The notes under the pieces: generated by a model
Databases searched by the model: none
Seen by the model: only the letters and a program-made list of their open reading frames with translations
Told to the model about the DNA's origin: nothing
Assembly (NCBI GenBank): GCA_035495215.1
Contig: DATJGH010000061.1
Coordinates: 1 to 55,098 of the forward strand
Source of the DNA: Patescibacteria group bacterium
GTDB lineage: Bacteria > Chloroflexota > Limnocylindria > Limnocylindrales > CSP1-4
DNA length: 55,098 nt
Reading direction: 5' to 3'
Shown here: piece after piece, positions 1 through 8,457 of the stretch
How positions within the stretch are numbered: position 1 is the stretch's first letter
Layout: every line of letters starts with the position of its first letter
Made by a program: the position numbers and the translations under genes

Positions 1-1436
1 TCCGTGGCCGCGACCATGGCCTTGGCCGTGCCCGCGACCCGCAGGACGGCCGCGCCGCTGTTGGCCGGACCCGCGGCCGTGGCGGCCTGGACCGTCGAGT
101 CGTACTGCTCGAAGACCGCCCGCCGCGATGCGAGATTCGGCGATCCAAGCAGCGCGAGGAGCACGGCGCCGGGGTCCATGCCGCGCTCCGGCAACTGGTC
201 GCTGGCGACGATCGGCGCGCCCGGCGCCGGCGCCAGCCGGCGGCGTTCCGGCGGGGCGGCAATCCGGTCGTGGACGATCGCGTCCGAGGTGAGCGCTCGG
301 GCCGGGATGCGCGCCAGCTCGCGACCCTCGCCGCGGACGACGATGTCGCCGTCGTCGGTGACCCGACCGATGATCGCGCACGGCAGGCCCCAGCGGGCGC
401 ACACCTCCGCGACCGCATCGAACCGCTCCGGCCGCACGACCGCGAGCATCCGCTCCTGGCTCTCGCTGATCATGACCTCGAACGGCTCCATGTCAGGCTC
501 GCGGCGAGGCACGGCGCCGAGATCGACGTCGACCCCCGTGCCGGCCCGGTCGGCGGTCTCGGACGTGGCGCAGGTGATGCCGGCCGCGCCGAGGTCCTGC
601 AACCCCTCGACGAGCCCTCGCTCGATCAGCTCGAGCGAGGCTTCGATCAGGAGCTTCTCGGCGAACGGATCGCCGACCTGGACCGACGGCCGCTTCGAGG
701 GATCGTCGTCGGCGAACGTCGCGGAGGCGAGCACCGACGCGCCCCCGATGCCGTCACGGCCGGTCGCGCTCCCGAACAGCACGACGAGGTTGCCCGGCCC
801 GGGCGCGGCCGCGCGGGTCAGGAAGCGCTCCTCGAGCACGCCGATGGCCATCACGTTGACCAGCGGGTTGTCCTGGTACGAGGCATCGAACACGAGCTCG
901 CCGCCGACCGTCGGCACGCCCACGCAGTTGCCGTAGCCGCCGACGCCCCGCACGACGCCGTCGACGAGGTGCCGCGTGCGCGCATCCGCCGGATCGCCGA
1001 AGCGCAGCGCGTCGAGCACGGCAATCGGGCGTGCGCCCATCGTGAAGATGTCCCGAAGGATCCCGCCGACACCGGTCGCTGCGCCCTGGTACGGCTCGAC
1101 CGCGCTCGGGTGGTTGTGCGACTCGAGCTTGAACGCGACCGCCAGGCCGTCGCCGATCGACACGACGCCGGCATTCTCGCCCGGCCCCGCGACGACGCCC
1201 TCGCCGCGTGTCGGGAGCGTCCTGAGCAGCGGCTTCGAGCTCTTGTACGAGCAGTGCTCGGACCACATGACGCTGAACATCGCCAGCTCGAGGTCGTTCG
1301 GATCGCGCCCCAGCCGCTCCCGGATCGCGCCGAGCTCGTCGTCCGTCAGCCCGAGCGCGCGATGCAGCGCGACCGTCGGCATCGGGTGCTCCGGCTCCGC
1401 CACCGGCTGCTCGGCGCCCCGCTCGGCCACGATCAT
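1..1436 (-). CDS. purL: Phosphoribosylformylglycinamidine (FGAM) synthase subunit PurL, N-terminal ~478 codons; continues beyond window start
   Basis: Absent from the ORF track because it runs off the edge. My minus-strand translation from ATG 1436 reads [75 protein letters not shown]...[46 protein letters not shown]. The same frame at ~897-959 gives [21 protein letters not shown]. The ATG overlaps the purQ stop (ATGA). Confidence 0.9.
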   Translation of the reverse strand, partial: MIVAERGAEQPVAEPEHPMPTVALHRALGLTDDELGAIRERLGRDPNDLELAMFSVMWSEHCSYKSSKPLLRTLPTRGEGVVAGPGENAGVVSIGDGLAVAFKLESHNHPSAVEPYQGAATGVGGILRDIFTMGARPIAVLDALRFGDPADARTRHLVDGVVRGVGGYGNCVGVPTVGGELVFDASYQDNPLVNVMAIGVLEERFLTRAAAPGPGNLVVLFGSATGRDGIGGASVLASATFADDDPSKRPSVQVGDPFAEKLLIEASLELIERGLVEGLQDLGAAGITCATSETADRAGTGVDVDLGAVPRREPDMEPFEVMISESQERMLAVVRPERFDAVAEVCARWGLPCAIIGRVTDDGDIVVRGEGRELARIPARALTSDAIVHDRIAAPPERRRLAPAPGAPIVASDQLPERGMDPGAVLLALLGSPNLASRRAVFEQYDSTVQAATAAGPANSGAAVLRVAGTAKAMVAAT

Positions 1437-2188
1437 CGAGCGCCGACCAGGACCGGCTGCGCGGCGGAGGTGCCCATCTGCTCGGCGCGCGCGGCCGCCT
1501 CGACGAGCGACCGCAGGATCGGCAGGCCGTCCTCGGAGCCGAGCACACGATCAGACGCTCGCTCCGGATGCGGCATGAGGCCCGCGACGTTGCCGCGCGC
1601 ATTCATGACGCCCGCGATGGCCCGCATCGAGCCGTTCGGGTTCGCCGCGTCCGCTTCGGTCCCGGCGGGCCGACCGTCGGCGTCGACGTATCGGAACAGG
1701 ACCCGGCCATCACGCTCGAGGCCGTCGAGCGTCGCCTCGTCGGCGAAGTAGCAGCCCTCGCCGTGCGCGATCGGCATGCGCAGGGGTCGGGCGTCGCCGA
1801 TGACCGACGTGAACGGGGTGTCGAGGCGCTGCGCGGAGATGCGCACGTCCCGGCCGAGGAACCGGAGGCCACGGTTGCGCAGCAGGGCGCCGGGTACGAG
1901 GCCGGCCTCGGCGAGGACCTGGAATCCGTTGCAGATGCCCAGGACCAGCCCGCCGTCGCCTGCGAACGCCGAGACCGCGCGCATGACCGGGCTGAACCGC
2001 GCGATCACGCCCGCGCGGAGGTAGTCGCCATAGGCAAAGCCCCCGGGCAGGACGACCGCGGCGACGCCGTCGAGCGAGCCCTGCTCGTGCCACAGCGGCA
2101 CGGCCTCGGCGCCCGCCAGCTCGAGCCCGCGCAGCGTGTCGCGGTCGCAGTTCGAGCCCGGGAAGACGACGACGCCGATGCGCGTCAA
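1433..2188 (-). CDS. purQ: FGAM synthase glutamine amidotransferase subunit PurQ
   Basis: ORF 1433..2218. It carries class-I GATase motifs ([29 protein letters not shown]). The likely start is TTG at 2188, overlapping the purS stop as TTGA. The ORF-track ATG at 2218 lies inside purS. Confidence 0.93.
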   Translation of the reverse strand: MTRIGVVVFPGSNCDRDTLRGLELAGAEAVPLWHEQGSLDGVAAVVLPGGFAYGDYLRAGVIARFSPVMRAVSAFAGDGGLVLGICNGFQVLAEAGLVPGALLRNRGLRFLGRDVRISAQRLDTPFTSVIGDARPLRMPIAHGEGCYFADEATLDGLERDGRVLFRYVDADGRPAGTEADAANPNGSMRAIAGVMNARGNVAGLMPHPERASDRVLGSEDGLPILRSLVEAAARAEQMGTSAAQPVLVGAR

Positions 2189-2457
2189 CCTGTGGCTCCG
2201 GCGTGGATGTCGACCCATTCGATCGCGAACGACTCGATCAACGGATTCGCGAACAGCTCGCTCGCAAGTCGTTCGACCGTCGCCCGCGCCTCGACCTCGG
2301 TCGGCGCCTCGACTGTCAGCTCCAAACGGCGCCCGACGCGAACGCCCGAGACGCCCTCGACGCCGAGGTGGCCGAGGCTGCCCTCCACCGCGCGGCCCTG
2401 CGGGTCGAGGATCCCGTCCTTCGGCAGCACGTTGACCGCGAATCGGAACTCGCTCAT
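2185..2457 (-). CDS. purS: FGAM synthase subunit PurS
   Basis: These are the last 90 codons of ORF 2185..2781, starting MSEFRFAVNVLPKDGILDPQGRAVEGSL. The length and sequence are typical of PurS. It sits between purC and purQ. Confidence 0.9.
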   Translation of the reverse strand: MSEFRFAVNVLPKDGILDPQGRAVEGSLGHLGVEGVSGVRVGRRLELTVEAPTEVEARATVERLASELFANPLIESFAIEWVDIHAGATG

Positions 2458-3404
2458 GCGATGACGTCCTCCGCGAGGTAGCGCTCGAATCTCGCTCCCG
2501 TGATGCGCTCGAACGCCTCGATGTAGCGAGCCCGGGTGCCGCCGACCACGTCCGCCGGGAGCTCCGGCCCCGGTGCCGTCTTGTCCCACGGCTGGCCTTC
2601 GAGCCAGTTGCGCACGAACTGCTTGTCGAAGCTCACCTGCGGCCCACCCGGAGCGTAGGCGGTGGCGTCCCAGAACCGGGACGAGTCGGGCGTCATGACC
2701 TCGTCGACGAGGATCAGCTCGCCGTCGATCAGGCCCATCTCGAACTTGGTGTCCGCGAGGATGAGGCCGGCGTCGGCGCATCGGTCGGCTCCGGCCGCGT
2801 ACAGCCGCAGCGCGGTGCCTCGCGCCCGGTTGGCGAGGTCGCGAGCGACACTGGTCCCGAGCGGCTCGGGAGCTCCATGGGGCGCCCAGCCGGCGAGCAT
2901 GGAGACCATCGACTCGAAGTCGATGTTGACGTCGTGCTCGCCATGCTCCGCCTTCGTGGCGGGGGTCAGGATCGGCTCGGGCAGCTGCTGGCTCTCGCGG
3001 AGCATCGGCGGCAGCGGGATTCCGCAGAGCCTGCCTTCGCGCAGGTATTCCTTCCAGCCGGAGCCGGAGAGATAGCCCCGGACCACGATCTCGACCGGCA
3101 GGACCGAGGCGGCACGACAGATCATGGTGCGGCCGCGCAGCTCGTCGATGGGCCCGACGTCGCGAAGCTCGGGGATCTCGTCGACGTCCGTCCCGAGCAG
3201 GTGGTTCGGCACGATCGCGGCCGTCTCGTCGAACCAGAAGCGCGACAGAGCGGTCAGCACGCGGCCCTTGTCCGGGATCGGCGTGGGCAGCACGACGTCG
3301 AAGGCGCTGATCCGGTCCGAGGCGACGAGCGCGAGCCGGTCGTCGTCGATGCGGAACAGGTCGCGGACCTTGCCCGACCGGAGGAATCGGTCAGCGGTGA
3401 GCAT
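2454..3404 (-). CDS. purC: SAICAR synthetase PurC
   Basis: ORF 2454..3404. Motifs match the SAICAR synthase family: SGKVRDLF, ASDRISAFD, EIVVRGYLSGS, ILADTKFEMG. There is a 4-nt overlap with the purS start. Confidence 0.95.
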   Translation of the reverse strand: MLTADRFLRSGKVRDLFRIDDDRLALVASDRISAFDVVLPTPIPDKGRVLTALSRFWFDETAAIVPNHLLGTDVDEIPELRDVGPIDELRGRTMICRAASVLPVEIVVRGYLSGSGWKEYLREGRLCGIPLPPMLRESQQLPEPILTPATKAEHGEHDVNIDFESMVSMLAGWAPHGAPEPLGTSVARDLANRARGTALRLYAAGADRCADAGLILADTKFEMGLIDGELILVDEVMTPDSSRFWDATAYAPGGPQVSFDKQFVRNWLEGQPWDKTAPGPELPADVVGGTRARYIEAFERITGARFERYLAEDVIA

Positions 3405-4761
3405 CGGCGGTTGCCTTTCGCGGGGCGCGGTCCGCGGGGCGCTCCGGTGAGCGCTCGGTCGGGATGAGCAAGTCGAGTCGGGCGATCACCTCCGGGACAT
3501 GGGTCAGGTAGCGGCTGTCGTCGAAGCATGCGTCGAGCTCGGCGAGACTGACGGCCCGGGCCAGGACCGGGTCGAGGGCGAGCACCTCGCGCAGCGGCCG
3601 GCGCGCGTTCGACGCCTCGAAGGCGGCTCGCTGCACGATCTCGTACGCCTGCTCCCGCGGGAGCCCGGCACGCTCGACCAGCACCAGCAGCACGCGGGAC
3701 GAGGCGTGAAGCCCCAGGCCGCGCTCGATGTTTTCGCGCATCCGCTCCGGCAGCACCACGAGATCGCGGATGAGCGTCGCGGTCTTCTGGAGCAGGTAGT
3801 CGAGCAGGATCGTTGCGTCGGGCAGGATCACGCGTTCGGCGGAGGAGTGGCTGATATCGCGCTCGTGCCACAGCGGCTGGTTCTCGAGCGCCGTCCCCGC
3901 GTAGCCGCGGAGCACGCGTGCGAGACCCGCGACGCGCTCGGACAGGATCGGGTTGCGCTTGTGGGGCATCGCGGACGAGCCCTTCTGGCCGGCACGGAAG
4001 GCCTCCTGCACCTCGCCGATCTCGGTGTGCTGGAGGTTCCGGATCTCGGTCGCGAACCGCTCCAGGCTCCCGCCGAGGATGGCCATGGCGGTCAGGAGCG
4101 CCGCGTGGCGGTCCCGCTGGACGATCTGGGTGCTGGCGGGATCGACACGCAGCTCGAGCTCGGCCATGACCTCGGCCTCGACCTCGGGCTCGAGGTGGCT
4201 GTACGTGCCGACCGGGCCGGACAGCTTGCCGGTCCCGATCTCGTCGATCGCCTGGGCCAGCCGGCGCCGCCCGCGATCGACCTCGAACGCCCAGCCCGCG
4301 AGCTTCAGCCCGAAGGTCGTCGGCTCGGCGTGGACCGAGTGGGTCCGGCCCATCATCACCGTCGCGGCCTCGGCGCGGGCACGAGCGACCAGGACCTCGA
4401 GGAGCCGATCAGCGTCGCGCAGGAGCAGCTCTCCCGCCGCCCGCAGCTGGAGCGCGAGACCCGTGTCGACGACGTCGGAGCTCGTGAGGCCGAGATGGAG
4501 ATAGCGACCCTCCGTGCCGATCGACTCGGCGACCTGCGACACGAAGGCGATCACGTCGTGGTCCGTGGTCTTCTCGAGCTCGTCGATCCGGTCGACGTCG
4601 ACCCTGGCCCGCGCCTCGATCGCAGCGAGCGCCTCCTGGGGCACTCGGCCGCGGCGCGCCTGGGCGCGGCTGACCGCGAGCTCGACCCGGAGCATGTGCT
4701 CGAAGCGCGACTCGTCCGACCAGATCGCGCCCATCTCGGGCAGCGTGTAGCGGCGAATCAC
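3391..4761 (-). CDS. purB: Adenylosuccinate lyase PurB
   Basis: This is the C-terminal 456 codons of ORF 3391..5226, starting at GTG 4761 (VIRRYTLPEMGAIWSDESRFEHML). It has the fumarate-lyase signature GSSAMPHKRNP. The GTG overlaps the purD stop (GTGA). The upstream part of the ORF is Arg/Gly-rich junk. Confidence 0.93.
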   Translation of the reverse strand: MIRRYTLPEMGAIWSDESRFEHMLRVELAVSRAQARRGRVPQEALAAIEARARVDVDRIDELEKTTDHDVIAFVSQVAESIGTEGRYLHLGLTSSDVVDTGLALQLRAAGELLLRDADRLLEVLVARARAEAATVMMGRTHSVHAEPTTFGLKLAGWAFEVDRGRRRLAQAIDEIGTGKLSGPVGTYSHLEPEVEAEVMAELELRVDPASTQIVQRDRHAALLTAMAILGGSLERFATEIRNLQHTEIGEVQEAFRAGQKGSSAMPHKRNPILSERVAGLARVLRGYAGTALENQPLWHERDISHSSAERVILPDATILLDYLLQKTATLIRDLVVLPERMRENIERGLGLHASSRVLLVLVERAGLPREQAYEIVQRAAFEASNARRPLREVLALDPVLARAVSLAELDACFDDSRYLTHVPEVIARLDLLIPTERSPERPADRAPRKATADAHR

Positions 4762-6101
4762 GCGCCCGCTCCGACCGGGACCGCGGGTGCCGGGGGCAGC
4801 GTGGCCGCGATGTCGTGGCGGCGCTGGAGGCCGTCCCAGGAGATGAGGTCCGCCGCTGCCTCCGCCGCGTCTCGCGCCCGCGGCAGGTCCGGCCCCCGCC
4901 CGACGACCGTGAGCACGCGGCCACCGTTCGTGCCGTAGCCGCCCTGCGGCCGGCCGATGGAGCCGCCATGGAAGACGAGCGCGCCCGAATCCCGGGCTGC
5001 ATGGATGCCCTCGATCGGAAGCCCGCGCTTCGGCGTCCCTGGATAGCCCTCCGAGGCGAGCACGATTCCGACGGTCGCTCCCGGCAGCACCGGGAGCCTG
5101 CCCGACCATTGCGCCGCGAGGTCGCCGAGGTCGCGCGTGGCAGCAGCCGCGAGCACCGGCCCGAGCGCCACGGCCAGCCGCGGCAGGATCACCTGCGCCT
5201 CGGGATCCCCGAGGCGGGCGTTGCATTCGAGGAGCACCGGGCCGTGGTCGGTGAGCATCAGGCCTGCGTACAGGAAGCCGACGAACGGCGTTCCCCGCCG
5301 GGCGAGCTCGGCGAGGATCGGGCGGTGGACGGTGTCGAGGACGTCCGTCACGCCTTCGTACGGCAGGTCCGGGAGCGGCGAGTAGGCGCCCATGCCGCCG
5401 GTGTTGGGACCCGCGTCACCGTCGCACAGGCGCTTGTGATCACGCGACGCGGGGAGCGCGATCGCATCGCGGCCGTCGCAGATCGCGATGACGCTCGCCT
5501 CGAGGCCCGTCAGCCGCTCCTCGACCACGAGCGCCGGCCCTTCTCCGCGCCCTTCGAGGTACGACGGCACGTGGTCGATCGCGCGGCCTGCGTCGTCGTA
5601 GACCGTCACGCCTTTCCCGGCGGCGAGCCCGTCCTGCTTCAGCACGACACCCCGGCCGTCTGCGCCGAGCTCGGCCACGAACGCACGTGCCGCCGCTTCC
5701 TCCCCGTCCGCGAACGCCCGAGCGCGGGCCATGTGCACGCCCGCCGCCTCGGCGACCTCGTGGCAGAAGGCCTTCGAGGTCTCGATGCGCGCCGCCGCCA
5801 CCGACGGACCGAAGACACGGATCCCGGCCTCCCGCAGGGCATCCGTCACCCCCGACGCGAGCGGCGCCTCCGGACCGATGACCACGAGCTCCGCGGACGC
5901 GGCCCGAGCCGCCGCGACGACCGCAGGGCCGTCGAGCGGATCCTCGGGCACGCAGCGGACGAGCGGCTCGGCGCCGATGGCCGCCGAGCCGGGCGCGACG
6001 ACAACCTCGTTCATGCCCGGCTCGCCGGCGAGCTTCCAGGCCAGGGCGTGCTCGCGCGCGCCCGAGCCGACGATCAGGGTGCGGGTCGGCGCCGTGCTCA
6101 T
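4758..6101 (-). CDS. purD: Phosphoribosylamine-glycine ligase PurD
   Basis: These are the last 447 codons of ORF 4758..7529, starting MSTAPTRTLIVGSGAREHALAWKL. ATP-grasp GARS motifs are present (KQDGLAAGKGV, GPNTGGMGAYSP, LECNARLGDPE). The ATG overlaps the purA stop (ATGA). Confidence 0.95.
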   Translation of the reverse strand: MSTAPTRTLIVGSGAREHALAWKLAGEPGMNEVVVAPGSAAIGAEPLVRCVPEDPLDGPAVVAAARAASAELVVIGPEAPLASGVTDALREAGIRVFGPSVAAARIETSKAFCHEVAEAAGVHMARARAFADGEEAAARAFVAELGADGRGVVLKQDGLAAGKGVTVYDDAGRAIDHVPSYLEGRGEGPALVVEERLTGLEASVIAICDGRDAIALPASRDHKRLCDGDAGPNTGGMGAYSPLPDLPYEGVTDVLDTVHRPILAELARRGTPFVGFLYAGLMLTDHGPVLLECNARLGDPEAQVILPRLAVALGPVLAAAATRDLGDLAAQWSGRLPVLPGATVGIVLASEGYPGTPKRGLPIEGIHAARDSGALVFHGGSIGRPQGGYGTNGGRVLTVVGRGPDLPRARDAAEAAADLISWDGLQRRHDIAATLPPAPAVPVGAGA

Positions 6102-7405
6102 GCCACGCGCACCGGCTGGCGGCGCATCGGGCGCCAGGCCCGCTCGATCGTCTGGGTGCGTTCGGGTCCGACCGAGACGAGCACGATCGGCACGCCCGCG
6201 AGCTCCTCGACCGCGCTGACGTAGCGGCGGGCGGCGTCGGGCAGGCCCGCCAGCGAGCGCACGTCGTGGATCGGCTCCGTCCAGCCCGGGAAGTGCTCGT
6301 AGATCGGCGTCGCGCGGGCGAGCACCGATGCCGACGAAGGCCACCGGTCGACCCGCCGTCCGTCGATCTCGTACGCCACGCACAGCGGGATCGACTCGAC
6401 CCCGGACAGGATGTCGATCTTGTTGAGCATGATGCTGCTGACCGAGTTGACCGCGACGGCGAACCGAATCGGTACTGCGTCGAACCAGCCGACCCGGCGC
6501 GGTCGCCCGGTCGTCGTCCCGATCTCGTTGCCGCGCTCGCGGATCCGATCGCCGGTCTCGTCGAGGAGCTCCGTCGGGAACGGGCCGGAGCCCACGCGCG
6601 TGGCATAGGCCTTCATCACGCCCATGACCTCGTCGACCTGGAGCGGCCCGATGCCGCCGCCTGTCGTGGCGCCGCCCGCGACCGCGTTGGAGGACGTCAC
6701 GAATGGATAGGAGCCGTGATCGAGGTCGAGGAGCGTGCCCTGGGCGCCCTCGAGCAGCACGTGCTCGCCGCGGGCCAGCGCCGCCTGCACGAGCCAGGTC
6801 GTGTCGTCGAGGTGCGGGGCGAGACGCTCGCCCCAGGCGGCGGCTCGCTCGACGAGTGCATCGAGGGCGAACGCCTCCGCGCCGAGCACGGCGAGGAGCA
6901 CGTTCTTGTCGGGCAGGAGGCGCGCCAGGCGCTCGCGGAGGACGCCCCGGTCGAGCAGGTCCTCCATGCGCAGCCCGATGCGCCACGCACGATCGGCGTA
7001 CGTCGGTCCGATGCCGCGCCCCGTCGTGCCGACCCTCGCGCCGTCGAGACGCGCCTCGCTCGCGCGGTCGAGGGCCACGTGGTACGGCATGATCACGTGG
7101 GCCGAGCGGCTTACCCGCACCCTCGAGACGTCGATGCCCCGGGACGTGAGCATGTCCAGCTCGCCGATCAGGGTCTCGGGATTGACGACGACCCCGTTGC
7201 CGATGACCGAGGTGATGTGCGGGTACAGCACGCCCGACGGCACGAGGTGGAGCTTCAGGACCTCGTCGCCCTTGACCACCGTGTGGCCCGCGTTGTCGCC
7301 ACCCTGGTAGCGAACGACCATCGACACCTGCTCGGCCAGGAAGTCCGTCGTCTTGCCCTTGCCCTCGTCGCCCCACTGCAGGCCCACCACGATCGAGGCG
7401 GGCAT
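6098..7405 (-). CDS. purA: Adenylosuccinate synthetase PurA
   Basis: These are the last 435 codons of ORF 6098..7672, starting MPASIVVGLQWGDEGKGKTTD. Family motifs are GDEGKGK, GGDNAGHT, TTGRGIGPTY and GTTTGRPRR. An AAGAGGA Shine-Dalgarno-like sequence lies upstream. Confidence 0.96.
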   Translation of the reverse strand: MPASIVVGLQWGDEGKGKTTDFLAEQVSMVVRYQGGDNAGHTVVKGDEVLKLHLVPSGVLYPHITSVIGNGVVVNPETLIGELDMLTSRGIDVSRVRVSRSAHVIMPYHVALDRASEARLDGARVGTTGRGIGPTYADRAWRIGLRMEDLLDRGVLRERLARLLPDKNVLLAVLGAEAFALDALVERAAAWGERLAPHLDDTTWLVQAALARGEHVLLEGAQGTLLDLDHGSYPFVTSSNAVAGGATTGGGIGPLQVDEVMGVMKAYATRVGSGPFPTELLDETGDRIRERGNEIGTTTGRPRRVGWFDAVPIRFAVAVNSVSSIMLNKIDILSGVESIPLCVAYEIDGRRVDRWPSSASVLARATPIYEHFPGWTEPIHDVRSLAGLPDAARRYVSAVEELAGVPIVLVSVGPERTQTIERAWRPMRRQPVRVA

Positions 7406-7446
7406 CAGCACAGTCCTCTTGCCGCGGCGACCGCCCGTGTGGCGTG

Positions 7447-7591
7447 GGATGCACCAGGCGGCGAAGAAACGCGCGGAAGTCGCCGCCGCCTGGGCGCTCT
7501 GCCCCTGGCCGGTGCCTCGGATGCCACAAGCGGCGAACGAACGCCGGTGCGCGTCAGATGCGGGGCCATTCCTCCGCCGCTTGGTGCATCG
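7447..7591. repeat. Three copies of a ~19-nt motif in the purA 5' leader (two direct, one inverted)
   Basis: Plus-strand GGATGCACCAGGCGGCGAA (7447-7465) and GGATGCCACAAGCGGCGAA (7519-7537) match at 16 of 19 positions. They sit 72 nt apart. An inverted copy, CCGCCGCTTGGTGCATCG, lies at ~7574-7591. A local helix CCAGGCGGCG (7454-7463) / CGCCGCCTGG (7484-7493) competes for the same bases. Confidence 0.6.
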
Positions 7592-7616
7592 GGTGCCACA
7601 GCCAGGGAACCGCGGC

Positions 7617-7662
7617 GAGAACTCCCGAGAATCGAGAAGTCCCGGGCCTCTCGGCTCGGGAC
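7617..7662 (-). promoter_or_regulatory. 10-bp hairpin followed by a U-rich tract on the minus strand; candidate attenuator or terminator ~230 nt upstream of purA
   Basis: GTCCCGGGCC (7639-7648) pairs with GGCTCGGGAC (7653-7662) around a TCTC loop, with one G-U pair. On the minus strand it is followed by UUCUCGAUUCUCGGGAGUUCUC. Confidence 0.35.
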
Positions 7663-8014
7663 CTGGTTGCAAATCTCCCGCGGGTCGCCGCCGGCGTTGC
7701 GGCGAGGGTTCTGCCGGTCGCTCGGCCGCCTCACGGGACGGACCACGCGCCCTGATCGCGCGATCGCAGGACCTCCCCTGTCCGGGCTGCCTTGCCGCTA
7801 CCCGGGAACGGTCGGGAGTATAGCGGCCCGGGACCCATGGCTTGGCGCCTGTCGGATGGGATGGACCTCCAGATGCGGCGGTTTCCCTATTGCCGGCACC
7901 CCCGGGGGAACAGCGACCATCCGCTCGGCTCCGTTCCGAGGAAGGTCAAGATCGGGTGACGGAGTCGCTCCAGGGAACGGCGGAGGTCGCCCGCCGTTCT
8001 CCCCTGACTTCTCC

Positions 8015-8058
8015 GCTCCGGACCGCGTCCCCCACGCCCGTCCGGAGCACCTTTTTTT
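8015..8058 (+). terminator. Rho-independent-like terminator on the plus strand
   Basis: A 9-bp stem, GCTCCGGAC (8015-8023) / GTCCGGAGC (8040-8048), encloses a 16-nt loop. It is followed by ACC and then T7 (8052-8058). No plus-strand CDS precedes it. Confidence 0.5.
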
Positions 8059-8064
8059 CCGGGG

Positions 8065-8104
8065 AAACGAACGATCGCCTCCCGCGTGCGTCGGGAGGCG
8101 ATCG
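8065..8104 (-). terminator. Strong hairpin terminator on the minus strand
   Basis: A perfect 13-bp stem, CGATCGCCTCCCG (8072-8084) / CGGGAGGCGATCG (8092-8104), has a 7-nt loop. On the minus strand it is followed by UUCGUUUCCCC. Confidence 0.55.
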
Positions 8105-8457
8105 ATGGCTGGCGATATTCGGAGCGATAAGTCCCGTCGGAAGCGTTCCGGCTCGAGGCCGATAAATCATGGTTGCTCGGTTCGTGACTCCCAAACGGGA
8201 TCTTCCTCGCCGACCCTTCGTCAGCTGCGAAGTCCGTTCGGGGGTCCGTGGCCGACGCCTCGAGTGGCCCCCGGTGCGCCGCGTCCCGACGTGCTCCGAA
8301 CCTTACGTCCCACCTTGCACGGGTGGAATGGGCGGGTGGTCCCGTAAACGGCGCGTCGATGGTCGGTGGCGCGCACGCACCACACCACGGACCTTGGTAC
8401 CGGAGCATCCAGGCACCACGCCGAGCGCCCGGCAACGCGCGCGCCTGGGCCTGTTCC

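Noticed and set aside
7406-7700. A ZTP (pfl), purine or PRPP/ykkC riboswitch upstream of purA
   Set aside because: CGCCGCCUGGUGCA superficially resembles the ZTP 3' element CCGCCUGGGCA. However, I could not find the 5' subdomain (GACUGGCG plus the GGUGG..CCACC hairpin), the purine aptamer UAUA..CCGUAAA..GACUAUG cores, or the ykkC cores in the correct order.
7880-7900. A cobalamin-riboswitch-like start on the minus strand, GGUGCCGGCAAUAGGGAAACC
   Set aside because: The downstream obligatory elements are not present: GGUG..AAUCC, CCCGCCACUGU and a proper B12 box AGCCAGGAGACCUGCC. No cobalamin-related gene follows.
8098-8165. TTATCG-type repeats on the minus strand as possible DnaA boxes or an oriC
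   Set aside because: The sequences TTATCGGCC, TTATCGCTC and ATATCGCCA do not match the TTATCCACA-type consensus beyond the first five bases. No dnaA or dnaN gene context is present.
6266-8347. A 693-aa plus-strand ORF spanning purA and the non-coding island, along with similar long ORFs at 270..1751, 26155..28035, 28434..30068, 38570..40981, 38701..41073, 42301..43770, 42875..44998, 48218..50044 and 52649..54784
   Set aside because: All of them lie antisense to, or out of frame with, genes carrying strong family motifs. Their products are low-complexity and R/A/G/P/D-rich. Their apparent third-position G/C richness is inherited from the sense-strand gene.
8105-8347. An 81-aa plus-strand ORF with an apparent GGGAGG ribosome-binding site 6 nt before ATG 8105
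   Set aside because: Third-position G/C is only about 60% by my count, against 85-95% in real genes here. The product is Ser/Arg/Pro-rich. The apparent ribosome-binding site is simply the 3' arm of the 13-bp terminator hairpin.
8105-8457. Partial resemblances to RNase P RNA motifs on the minus strand: UCCACCCGUGCAAGG versus CCACCCGGAGCAAGG, GAGGAAGAUCCCG versus GAGGAAAGUCCGG, and GGGACUUAUCG versus CCGGCUUAUCG
   Set aside because: The motifs occur in the wrong order and far too close together; the CR-I-like and CR-V-like elements are about 70 nt apart. ACAGAA and the GGUAAGAGC module are absent. The CCACC..GGUGG element folds as a simple local hairpin. I also found no tmRNA features (GGGG 5' end, T-arm plus CCA) and no SRP GGAAGCAGCC core.
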